DNA of 63,327 nt, counting the filler, from Collodictyon triciliatum (lineage: Eukaryota), in the NCBI GenBank assembly GCA_043381765.1. It is 5 parts of 5 records of this genome, joined end to end, with 100 filler letters (N's around TTAATTAATTAA, not from the genome) between each part and the next. Parts side by side here need not be neighbours in the genome. Positions count along the whole stretch, not along the records: positions 26,280 to 41,159 come from JBHJMP010001769.1; positions 41,260 to 56,071 come from JBHJMP010001770.1; 3 more parts are not named here. One strand, written 5' to 3'. How positions within the stretch are numbered: position 1 is the stretch's first letter; each line of letters begins with the position of its first letter. The notes under the pieces are model-generated. The model was not told the DNA's origin, did no database searches, and saw nothing but the letters and a program-made list of their open reading frames with translations. Below, in pieces: positions 32,882 to 45,215 of the stretch. The translations under genes were made by a program, and so were the position numbers.

Positions 32882-33872
32882 TATCCCTCCCTGTGTTCCT
32901 GTTTCCGAATTGGCAGCACCACCCTTGTCTGTGGCAAAGCTAAACTAAACTAAACCTAACCCGGAAGCCTCATCTTATCAAGAGGGGGGAAAGACCCATC
33001 GAGCTCTTTGGAAAAAATAATAATAATAAAGGCGAGCAAAAAAAGACCTATCGAGCTCAAGCCACCGACCCACGGGCAGCAAGATAATTATGATTATGGT
33101 GCTCAGTATTAGTTGCTCTGATTCATTTATCTTCTTTCTTTTTCTTTTCTTTCTCTTCGGTCTCATTCAGACTGTAAATGGATAAACTTTATTACAAAGG
33201 TTGCGACGAACTTGGTTTTATCCCTTTCAAGCCACAACACTTTTCATACAACGAAAGTGTACCCGCATATAGCAGTTTATCGCGCAGACAACCATCAAAT
33301 TTAATATGGATTGTCAAAAGCAGGAGCCTTAATGAATCCAAGAAGCAACCTGAATAATATAATAGTATGATTAGTATATAATAAGATTAAAAATACTTAA
33401 TACCCTTATTCTATTCCTATAATCAATTTAATTTTATTTACCATTTAAGTAATATTAATTAAAAAAATTAAAAAAAAATCCAAACAAGCTGATGCCTTGG
33501 CCCAGACAGAACCCACCCCTATAAACCTGCCACCAAACATACATTTCAAAAAAGCATTCTATCCACACTTGCGGCGGTAATCATGTTGTTTGGGGCCGAT
33601 GTGTTGACTTACAGTCGCAATGGTTATACGGCTGTCCTTTCGAACTCGCCGAATCGGCTCTCAACATTTTCTCTCAAATCACCTATAAAAAAAAACTTTG
33701 TGTGTTTGTTTGCCACAATTCGCACATTTTGAGAGTCTCGGTAGATGCTTGATTTTACCTGAATTGATTTTGTGGAATTTTATATATATTAAATTGACTG
33801 ATTGCCTAAAGATTTATTAAAATTGAAAACTCGGTGGTTTTCTAAAGGAAAAAATAAAATTAAGACTTTCAG

Positions 33873-35756
33873 ATGAAGAAAAGAAAACGTCTTGAGTTTG
33901 AGAATCTAAAGTCTGTTAAACCACACTATCGAAATGTGAAAACATCTCAAAAGTCGATTGTAAAAAAATGCGTATGACTATTACAAAATCAACGATACGG
34001 TTTTATTGTGTCATAATTTGGTTACCGATACTTATCTGTTTGCAAGATGTTACGTATTGAAATCACAACCACTCCCAACAATCGATGAAATGATTTTTTT
34101 TTTTTTTTGTACGCTTTAAAGGCAGTCGGAGTAGTTTCACAAGATAGACCCGCAAGATTAAAAAAACCAGAAATGAGTAAAGACGTGATGACTTTTACCC
34201 CAATGATTTCCGATTCCTTTTTGTCCCGAGAAGAATGCTTTCCGTTGGTCGGACCGTCTCATGTATTACCGTACTTGGCGAGGCAAATGTTAACAGCTTA
34301 TCATAATAACATTAAAGAATTTTTTGTAAAGAGGTTACTGCACTTTATAAACCAAACAGTTCCTAAAAGATGAGAATATCACGGAAGTTAAAAAAAGCCA
34401 TCTTTATGAAACTCGAAATACCAGAACAATACAAAGAATGGGCTATAATGCATTTGCATCATATCATTCCCAGCGATATTGTAAATGGTATCGAATATGA
34501 CGCCAAAGTCAATCAAAATAAGTGCATTTCACGTCTGATTTTCATGAATCACATTCTTGGGGACATAGGAACCAAACTGTTTCAACCAATCTCTATAAGA
34601 ACTGACAATATACCATGTCATATTACTCTAGCTACTGCATGTTTGATAGATATATTAGTATTATCTAGAAAAAAAATCATTAATGAAGAATATATCAGGA
34701 TGCAAAGAGACCCTATGGGATAAGTTCTTTGAAATGAAGAAGAGGGTCTTTCATCATAGAGACTACAATTTTAAATACATGATGCAAACAGACGGCTTGG
34801 CGGCGTCATTATTGTTTGAAAAGAAAGGTATTTCAAATTCAAAATTCCAATATAAAATCAAAAAAACAAGAATATGTTTATATAGATGAACTTTCCGAAG
34901 AGCAGTTATCTTTATTAGCGAAAAAAAAATACTTAGATTGGATGCAGGCAAGTTTAATTTTGTTTACATGGTGGGCGAGACAGGTAGGAAATTACGTTGC
35001 ACGGCACACCAAACAAGACATGATAACAAATCTCTTAAAAACCACAAAATACTCTCGCGCGAGAAAAAAAAAAGTACAATGCTTCAGGGATATGCATGGC
35101 AACAGATTTTTACAAAGTACTATTTCTTTTGGTCACACTACTTTTGAAGAGAATCAGTAGTTTGAGACATTAAGGGTATCTTTAATCGATTTAGAGACAA
35201 AACTGAGTAAACATTTTTTTTTTCCTTTATTCGAAAAACTGAGTAAACATAATTCATGCACGGTCGATTACGAAAAATGTCGAGAATAAGTATCTATGAA
35301 ATCAAGATACCAGAAAAAATTTCCAGATTTTATGAACACGCAACTTTTCGAAAGATGAGATGGAGACAGTATGTTAACACAAAAAGAAGTGTACAATTGT
35401 TTATGGACCGAATCGAAAAGACATTTGGCAAGGATGTTGTACTGGTATATGGAGACTGGAGCAGAAAATCTTCGAAGTAACATTTTACGCCAACAATCGG
35501 AAGAGGATTACGAAAAATACTATCCAAACGTTTTGAAACAGTCCGTGTAGATGAATTTAGAACGTTCAAGATGATTCGTAACTGCGAAAAAGAACAGGAA
35601 TATATGAAACTGATAGAAGTACAAACAAAAAAAAAAATGTATAGATGTCTCATGTGTAAATAATGCAATCTTTCAGAAAGCAAACAAAGTGTATTCTTGA
35701 CAAGGGAATTTAACAGCGGCAACAATATAGTCAAGAAAGTTCTATTAATTCTTTGA
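33873..35756 (+). pseudogene. Degenerate Fanzor1-type RuvC nuclease gene (eukaryotic TnpB relative)
   Basis: Stitching frames gives MKKRKRLEF...YRNVKTSQKSIV, INDTVLLCHNLVTDTYLF, KLFQPISIRTDNIPCHITL, MQTDGLAASLLF, RuvC-I LDAGKFNFVYM (D 34941), FRKMRWRQY, VLVYGDWSR, RuvC-II VDEFRT (E 35553), Cys remnants and RuvC-III-like TREFNSGNNI. Frameshifts occur at homopolymer runs, with in-frame TAA at 35478 and 35661. Confidence 0.85.
35199..35250 (-). mobile_element. Extremely 5'-truncated poly(A) retroposon insertion with a 16-bp target-site duplication, inside the Fanzor gene
   Basis: AAAACTGAGTAAACAT at 35199-35214 and 35235-35250 flanks a 20-bp insert that reads TCGAATAAAGG(A)n on the minus strand. 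Confidence 0.75.
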
Positions 35757-35784
35757 AATATTCCTACACCTTCCTCTAAAAAAA

Positions 35785-35917
35785 GCAGGCTGTCGGGGCA
35801 TTCCAGGCGGTCTTCGCCACTACATAATCTTTGTGAAAAAAGTGGTGAGACCTTGGATACTAACAGACCAAGTTTACCAATCTTTCGATTGGTATGAGCC
35901 CTTCAAGTCTCAACTAG
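35785..35917 (+). ncRNA. Candidate Fanzor omegaRNA scaffold / element right end
   Basis: Directly 3' of the Fanzor ORF: a long imperfect stem (35802-35821 with 35841-35857) and a perfect hairpin TACCAATC-TTTC-GATTGGTA (35875-35894). Boundaries are inferred. Confidence 0.55.
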
Positions 35918-36258
35918 TTTAGCAAAATATTGAAAACAACTGGGTTAGCGAAAGACACTGGCAGCTGCGCCTCCCCTCCCACTGGCGAGTGTGACCTGAC
36001 CCGGGCTTGCAAGCAAAAGCAAAAGCAAAAGCAAAAGCACAAGCGAAGCGAAGGAGGGGCCAGACTTTGAGATGACGACTGGAGTGGGGCCAAGCCGACC
36101 GGCCAGCGTCATCCCGGCGGAGATGCTGGTGGGGCAGGGGTAGCGAAAGGGGCTGTGCCCAACGCAGCTCCGCATCCTTCGATTCCGCAGCAGTGTCGCT
36201 TGGATGATTTTTATTGACGGGTGGACGACGCATGTCGCTCAAAAGAGAAGGGGGAGCA

Positions 36259-36292
<34 letters not shown>

Positions 36293-36372
36293 GTTGAGTA
36301 TGGTTGAGTATGGTTGAGAGCGACAGACATAGAGGACGGACGGAGGAGAGGGCTCTGGCAGGGCGCCGCGTG

Positions 36373-37428
<1,056 letters not shown>

Positions 37429-37491
37429 TTATTTGTCATTTTGTTTTTTTTGTTTTTTTTTGTTTTTTTTGTTTTTTTTTGTTTTTTTTTT

Positions 37492-37537
<46 letters not shown>

Positions 37538-37555
37538 NNNNNNNNNNNNNNNNNN

Positions 37556-37632
<77 letters not shown>

Positions 37633-37975
37633 TTTTCTTTTTCTTTTTGGACTGGTCCCTCATAACTTTTTTTGTTTCTTTATGAATAGACGATCAAGTT
37701 TATATAGTGAGCATTGATGATTATATATGTATACTTTTCCTGACCTTTACATGGACTCAGGAAGCTTGCATCAGCTTGAAGAAGAGTAAGTAAACTACAA
37801 GTTTGGTCTACTCAGAGCAGAGACCCAAAGGTGTACTGAAAAGCTTTTGTCAACATGTCTCGCCGGCCAACTTATGTACGACCTTTTCTTTTCTTTTTTC
37901 TTTTTTCTTCCACTTTTAATATGTCTCCTTTTTTTAACCCAAATTAAATGAAATTACATAAATCATATTTTCGAT

Positions 37976-40917
37976 ATGCATGAGCTCTTGTGTTCAGTAC
38001 GGTGGATATCTAACCACTTCTTAAATCCACAGCCATATGAATACCAACGAAGTGACAGCCACCACTTCAATTGGTTAGACAGGATATTTTCAAATCAGTC
38101 CGCTGAGGTCCCAATGACTAGCCTGATGAATACAAGCATTCAGGAGGAATCTGAGAACGAGGTGAGGCAAGCTTTACCTCAACCTCAACCCCAACCCCAA
38201 AATCAGCCCCAGCCTCATTCGAATCCAAAGGGAGAAGACCGTAATCTTACCCCAAAAACACGTGATAAGAAATATTCAAAGGTACCAAATGCCTCATCGA
38301 CATCACATTACGAGAGTTTTCATATTCTCTCCGAAGTGCAAAGGCCAATCAGAAACATTATGGGAAACGAAGAATCATATTCCGAACCGCATAAAGAGAG
38401 AGTTACCCACCTGTCCATCAATATGGATAAACGTGGATCCGTAATTGGTTCGCCAATTATAGATCAGACAAGTATATGTGAATTAACTCTCACGTGCAAC
38501 AAAGAGCGTGATGTAAATCTTCCAAAAGAAATCAGTCAACTAAGCAATTTATGTCGAGTTAATATTATTTTCAAACAAAAAAGTGAATCTATTGAGACTG
38601 GTGCTGGTGTAGGGAGAGGTGTAGATGACACAGGCTCAAAAATATCACAATTGGACCATCTTAGCAAAGCTCTGGAAGATTCTATACGAAATCTACTACC
38701 ACTAAACAATCTCACAAGGCTCACCCTTAAAGATGCTCCAGTTACGTCTCTCCCAGAACAAATTACTATCATGGACCAATTAATTAAATTGGAGGTTCCT
38801 GGTGGGAGATTAATGAAACTTCCTTTCACAGATTTTGTGCCGCGCTCTTTAGTAGGATTAGCTCTTGAGGGGAATCCTGATGTAGCTAAATTAATCTTAC
38901 CTCTAATCCACATTAAAGCTAATGTCATCGTTCAGCTGGACTACGACGACGATGAAGACACCAGGATTCGAGTGACTTACGGGTGTCGCTCTAGGATTCT
39001 TACAGTTCAGACAGAAAAATACAATCTATGCGAAGATCGGACTAAAAAATATTTAGAAAATGAGGACTTATGCTCTCATATTAAGTATCTATCATGGAGG
39101 GCAAATAAACTCTCAGAAATCTCGCCTGTCATCTCAGAATTATTACACAGTCGAAGTCATGTACGAACCTTCGATCTTACGCACAATCAATTGAAGAATA
39201 TTGACAACCATCTTGGCAATTTTGTACACCTTAAAGAACTTTTGTTAACGGGAAATAAAGAATTGGACCTTACACCAAAGCTCAAAGAATTTATGTTCAA
39301 ACTTGATTATTGGGAAACTGATAAAATGCATAAAGATGAATATAACATCTACGCATCCTTTTTTAAGGGTGGGAGATACGTTTTGGACCTGAACTCATCC
39401 CATATTATTCAGTCAGTCGAGGAGAAATCGTTTCTCGATGGAATCCGTTCTTTAGATTTAAGAGAAAAACAAATCATCCGAAATGTCACTTGCTTATCAT
39501 CTCTTGACCGAATCACAAGTTTGTCACTAAAGAAGTGCAGTGTACTTGAAGTTGATATCCCTTTTTTATCGGTTCTTACCGCTTTGTTGGTTCTAGATTT
39601 ATCTGAAAATCAATGCGTCAGTCTGAATGCTCTTGCAATCACAACTCTGCGTAGTTTAGATGTTTCCAGAAATAAGATCACGGACATGAGCACACCCTTA
39701 AACTCTCTACAAAATCTTGAGAGACTGAATCTATCCTCAAATCAAATATCTGAAATCCCAGAAAAATTCCTAAAAAAACATAGTTCGCTGACGTTTCTTG
39801 ATCTATCCAAAAATAAAATATCATATATTAGCAAGGATGTTTTTCTATCCAACTGCCTATGTGATCTTATTTTGAACAGCAATATTATTGGGACAATAGA
39901 AAGACCTCCTAGAAGAGTCAGTCATATTGATGGAATGAAAAAGACAAAAAGAGGAGTAAAAATTCATCGAGATCATTCACATGAGGCATCTTCTATTACA
40001 AAACTGGAGCTGAATGAAAATAAAATGACTACGATAGACGGTCTTTGTGGCCTCAGTAAACTGAAAGTTTTAAGATTAGGCTCCAACGATTTGGTTACAC
40101 TCGATGGTATAAAATCTCTTTCATATCTAGAATCCTTGGAATTGACATTTAATTCGATTTCTAACATCCCAGACGAGATGGGGTGCCTAACACACTTAAC
40201 CGAGCTTAACCTTTCTCGAAACATGTTGAAATCTGCAGATATTTTATTCAATATCCCATCTCTGCGCATACTGGATTTTTCTTGGAACCGAATCGAAGAA
40301 CTTCCAAATGTACATGAAGAGAACGCACATCTTGCTTTTCTGTCGATTCATGGGAATACTGTTGGGAATTTGCCTCATACTTTTACCAATTTTCAGAACC
40401 TCGCAGTTTTGATACTTTCATCTAATAACTTCTCATCAATTCCATCTGAGCTATCTACTTTGAAGCGCCTGCGCGTATTAGATATCAAAGGAAACACCTT
40501 TAACGAAATCCCACAGAACATTAGAGATTTTTCTTCGATAGAGTCGATTAATATCACATGCACAGACAAGAATGAGACGGATCTTTGGAACTGCTATTGT
40601 AGAGAAGAACCCATTCTTAACATGTCGAATAGGAGCCTAAATTTCATAGCCCCTTTCACTCAAAATCTGCTTCATCTTACATGCATTGATTTGTCGCTGA
40701 ACCGTTTTGTGAGATTCCCTGATGAACTTCAGTATTTGACGAATCTTCAATCAATCAACCTCAAGTCGAATCGCATCGCTTCTATTCCCTCTTTCATATC
40801 AAATTTTACTGGATTGACTCATCTAGGCATGCAAAATAATAAGTTGGCTATATTGCATAATCCAACAATCAACAATAAAGATGATCCGTCGATGTGGTAT
40901 ACAAAACACGAAGTTGG
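37976..40917 (+). CDS. Large leucine-rich-repeat protein, one exon of about 2.9 kb; gene probably continues beyond the contig end
   Basis: The 982-aa ORF has many LxxLxLxxNxL repeats. A GTAAGT donor near 40917 precedes the ORF stop. Confidence 0.85.
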
Positions 40918-41159
40918 TAAGTGACCATTACAATCTAATATGTTACTGACGGCGATGATTCTTTCGCAAATTAGTTTTAACAATACCATCAAAATACATT
41001 ATGTATATTGAATATACAAATCATTTTGATATACATTCTGATTTATTTCATTTTAACACTCCTTTTCTTCCTTTTCTTCCTTTTCTTCCTTTTCTTCCTT
41101 TTCTTCCTTTTCTTCCTTTTCTTCCTTTTCTTCCTTTTCTTCCTTTTCTTCCTTTTCTT

Positions 41160-41259
41160 NNNNNNNNNNNNNNNNNNNNNNNNNNNNNNNNNNNNNNNNN
41201 NNNTTAATTAATTAANNNNNNNNNNNNNNNNNNNNNNNNNNNNNNNNNNNNNNNNNNNN
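41160..41259. other. Artificial contig-joining linker
   Basis: N44-TTAATTAATTAA-N44. Confidence 0.97.
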
Positions 41260-41517
41260 CGAAAAAACGAAAAAACGAAAAAACGAACAAACGAAAAAAC
41301 GAAAAAACGAAAAAACGAAAAAACGAAAAAACGAAAAAACGAAAAAACGAAAAAACAAAAAAAAGAAAAAAAGAAAAAAAGAAAAAAAGAAAAAAAGAAA
41401 AAAAGAAAAAAAGAAAAAAGAAAAAAAGAAAAAAAGAAAAAGAAAAAGAAAAAGAAAAAATAAAACATAGAAAAAAGAAAAATAAAAGAAAAAAGAAAAA
41501 AGAAATAGGAGAAGCCA

Positions 41518-44500
41518 ATGTCCATGGAGCCGAGCCACACACGGGCGGGTCAGTTTCTCCTCCGCGATCAAATGCGGATGCACGACAAGTTTCCTCTGGC
41601 CATCTCCACAGACCCCGCTGCTGCTGGAGACAATCACCTGCTGTCCATCACAAACATCCAAGTCCCTGTCGGAAACGCACCAAAGCCAACGACGCCAAGC
41701 AGGTTGTGCATTGTAGCAGACTCCTCTTCTTGATTTGTCCTTAGTTTCATGAGTAATTCGAATACTGTAGCGAAATATATCCACCATTTGAAAAGGAACG
41801 ATACAGTGAACAATATGAAGGGGGTGTGATGAATAATATATTTGGAATTTATAATATGTACATCGTAAAGTGTGAGTGCATTTTGTATAGTTTATGTAAT
41901 ACAGAAACTAAATAGCCTTTGGATACTATTATGATGAGATGAAGTACGGAAAATGAATTGTGATTTATAAGATTGTATTTTTTTCATCCTTCCATTATTT
42001 ATTGTTCTTGGCTTCCTGTAATCATTCTTATCATAGCCTTAAAGACTCAGCGCCACGACGTGTACCAACAAGAGAAATGGCAAGAGTTGCGCGGTCAACA
42101 GCAACATCCCCAAGAATAAAAGTATTTCTCTCCCAATCTCGAAAATATTGCATCGCCCATGATACCAAACCTCCCTATTTATTCTAGTCTCAGCATCATG
42201 AAGAACATAACTCCCCAGTCCACTCTCCCGGTCGTTCCAGGTAATCTGTCCTCAACTCGATTATTCCATACCATAAGCTGCATATACAGATTCTGATATA
42301 ATTCTAATTATTCGCATGCTGTCATCAAAAAATCAACAACAAATAAATACAATATGAATAAAAAAAACAACTCAAAGCCGCCCACTGTCCATGGATACTC
42401 CGATGGGAATCTATGAACAGGTTTGATGGAGTAACTCGTTCGAGCATTCATTGTTCTTGTGTGTTAAGAGAGGGAGAGGGGTTGTAATTTGCACATAGTT
42501 TCTCTTTTTGAGTGAGTTATAGTTCCCTAAAGTTATTAAAATCGAGGCAAATGTGTTATCGTTCATGCAAAAATGAAAACTTGAAACATTGAAACCTCAC
42601 GGTTGCCCATCCGTTTCACAGAAAATTCCCTCCACAATATCCAAGACGCCGATACTGGATGAAGACAGTCAATATGTACGATTATCATTATAACATAGCG
42701 ACTTGACAGCATTTTACCAAGAAAAACTATGAGAAATTTGCTTGTAGACTATGTCTTTGCATCTGGTATGTATTTTTCATTCCAACTCGAATAGATATTA
42801 TTGTCGCAGCACGAGCATATACTGGAAGAGAGAACACATCAGTTGACAAAAATATTTCAGGTATTGTGTAGAAAAATGTATGTCTGCAACTTGTTCAGAC
42901 ACTCATGTATTTATTATTAAGAAATCATCCTCGAGTAAGCCTATTCAGTAATCTCGGTCGCATTTAATTTTTTACTGTGGTCGTTAGGAGAAACTTGAAA
43001 GCCAATACGTGATGATGCAAAAGAAACTGGAGGTATATGGGTCTTCCAGAAAAACTGATAGCATACCTTGCTATCTGTTTCTGCAGGCCATATTTTCAAC
43101 AACTTTTCCAGAATAATTTTTATGTGTGTGTGCTTATCGATAACTTCGCAAGGAACTGGTGAGAAAGTTTCGACAACAACTGATTGAAGCGCAAAACGCT
43201 GGTGATCAGAAACTTGAATCGTTGGTTCAAAAATATTCAGACGGACGAGATGCAGAGCTTAAATTGCAAGTAATACCTCATAGCAATAAATATCTCGAAA
43301 ATCACACGCACGATTCATATTCCTTTCTCACAACATGCTTCATTTTATTAGGTAATACCAGCTCTATGATTTTCGTGACTTAAAACAAAAAAAAATGATA
43401 ATAATATAGGATTCGCGAAATCAACTCAAAGAGGTGAAAAAAGTGATCGAAAAGCACAAAAAAGAGCTTTACAACCTCGAGCAAGAGGTTTGTTCTGCAT
43501 TCCAAAAGAATTCCACGTTTGTTGGAATTGCACAAATATCGCCTTCAAAGACACATCAATTCATACGGTATACGCACCATTATTTTCCATTTGGCTGAAC
43601 AAAGCTTTCCGAATTAAATGTTGACTAGACCCTGAGATTGAAAGAGTTGCAGAAAATCCAGGAAGAAGCAAGGCTAATCAGTCTCCGAGCTCAATTTGCG
43701 AAAGAAACGCAGGTCAGACACATTTTTTTTTTATTCATCATATTGTAATCAATTTATAAAATCAATTTTTTTTTTTTGGTATTTGGATGAGAGGCATTAT
43801 CAAATTTTATATTATGACATCCAAGGAAAGAGAGCAAGAGCTCAATCGCCTAAAAGAACTTTTGAGTGGACAAGCAGATTGTAATATTCTACCAGAACAA
43901 TTGAAAAACGAAAAACGAAAATTAAAAATAAAATTGATGGAAACAAATATCTCATCCTCTGGCTGTTTTTATACTATTTTACATAAATAGTATTGGATAG
44001 ACAGCAGCAATTCAAGACCAAACAAATCAAAAGTGCGCAGGAAACCCTCTCTCAGCTTGAAGAAATTATGGAGGTTTGCTGTAGCTCGGATAAAATAAAA
44101 AGAACATCCCAAAGAAATATAGCTAGTAATAGCAACTGATGATTCAATTTTATATTCCGATGCAACCCTTTGTTCTACCCTTCTTACGGCAGGTTGACTT
44201 GACGTGCTCCAGATGTCTCGGGATATTTTGCAATCCAGTGATAATCATCCCATGCGGTCATACCTACTGCCACAAATGCGTCCTGGTAAAAAAAAAATAA
44301 TATGTTTTGCAATTGACGCAGCACATCAATAACGACACAACAGCACCGATTCGAACATTCATCTGAATCATTCTTTTTGGATGCAATCAAGATTTTGTTT
44401 GATTTTATTCGAAATAAAGATAGTCACACTTTTCTTTCTCTCTATTGAATCTAAAGGATGTTAACCGACCCTATTGCGATGAATGCCCTGAGGCAAATAA

Positions 44501-44828
44501 CGTCGGTGTCATCCCAAACTATGCTGTCGATCTCATCGCCCTTCGCTACGAGTCTCGCAAAATGTACATGAAGGTAAACCGACACCACCCAACTCGCCAT
44601 TGGTTACAGCCATCAGATGTGTTCATGACGCCCTTCCCTTTATTTTTATTTTTTTCCATCCTCGAATCGTTTTTTTTCTTACAACCAAAATTTTCTCTAT
44701 TGATTGCTCGGCCACAATGAATACAGAATATGACAGAGCTGCTGGCCAACCTATCCGAGGAGATTGAAAACATCCGAGTGGAAGCAACCCAACTTGTTCG
44801 TCCCCAAGAGCAAGACACAAGCCAATAG
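41518..44828 (+). CDS. Multi-exon coiled-coil protein with a C-terminal C3HC4 RING finger (putative E3 ligase); 5' exons uncertain
   Basis: Coiled-coil exons (KFRQQLIEAQNAGDQKLESLVQKY, ETLSQLEEIME) lead to VDLTCSRCLGIFCNPVIIIPCGHTYCHKCVL|DVNRPYCDEC..NYAVDLIA. TAG at 44826-44828. Confidence 0.65.
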
Positions 44829-45215
44829 CAACTCTTTCATTCCCCTGTTTTCCCTGTGCATAAATAATCCGCGTATCTATTTCGAAGCCCTGTCCCTTGA
44901 CTACCGGCCATATCCTGTTCCGGTCTTAATCGATCTAATTGCGGAATATAATTCTTATGGGCACACTAATCCATTCCAAGAACTTTTGATCAATCACGAA
45001 AAATCGCTTGATCGATCGCCCGCTTTCTCCGAGGCAGTGAAACCAACCTCACATCAGCGCCACGCAACGAGTCGCAAACCCACCCAAAGATCATGGGACT
45101 TAACAAATAGAAAAAGAAAAGAAAAAGAAACAAAAAAAATGAAAAATGAAAATAAAAATTAGAGGAAAAGAAAGTAATTCCACTAAAATCTTCATGAATA
45201 ATAAGCCCCAAACAG

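Noticed and set aside
32941-32962. TAAAC/CTAACCC telomere-like or telomerase-template-like sequence
   Set aside because: Too short and irregular.
35478-35663. In-frame TAA codons in the Fanzor as a sign of TAA reassignment
   Set aside because: The long host ORFs (982 and 1662 aa) have no internal TAA/TAG, and host genes end in TAA, TAG or TGA. The Fanzor also has frameshifts, so decay explains the stops.
33859-35915. Possible terminal inverted repeats of the Fanzor element (TTAAGACTTTCAG versus the reverse complement of CTTCAAGTCTCAA)
   Set aside because: Only 10 of 13 bases match, the left copy abuts the ATG and no target duplication is visible. The ends need multi-copy alignment.
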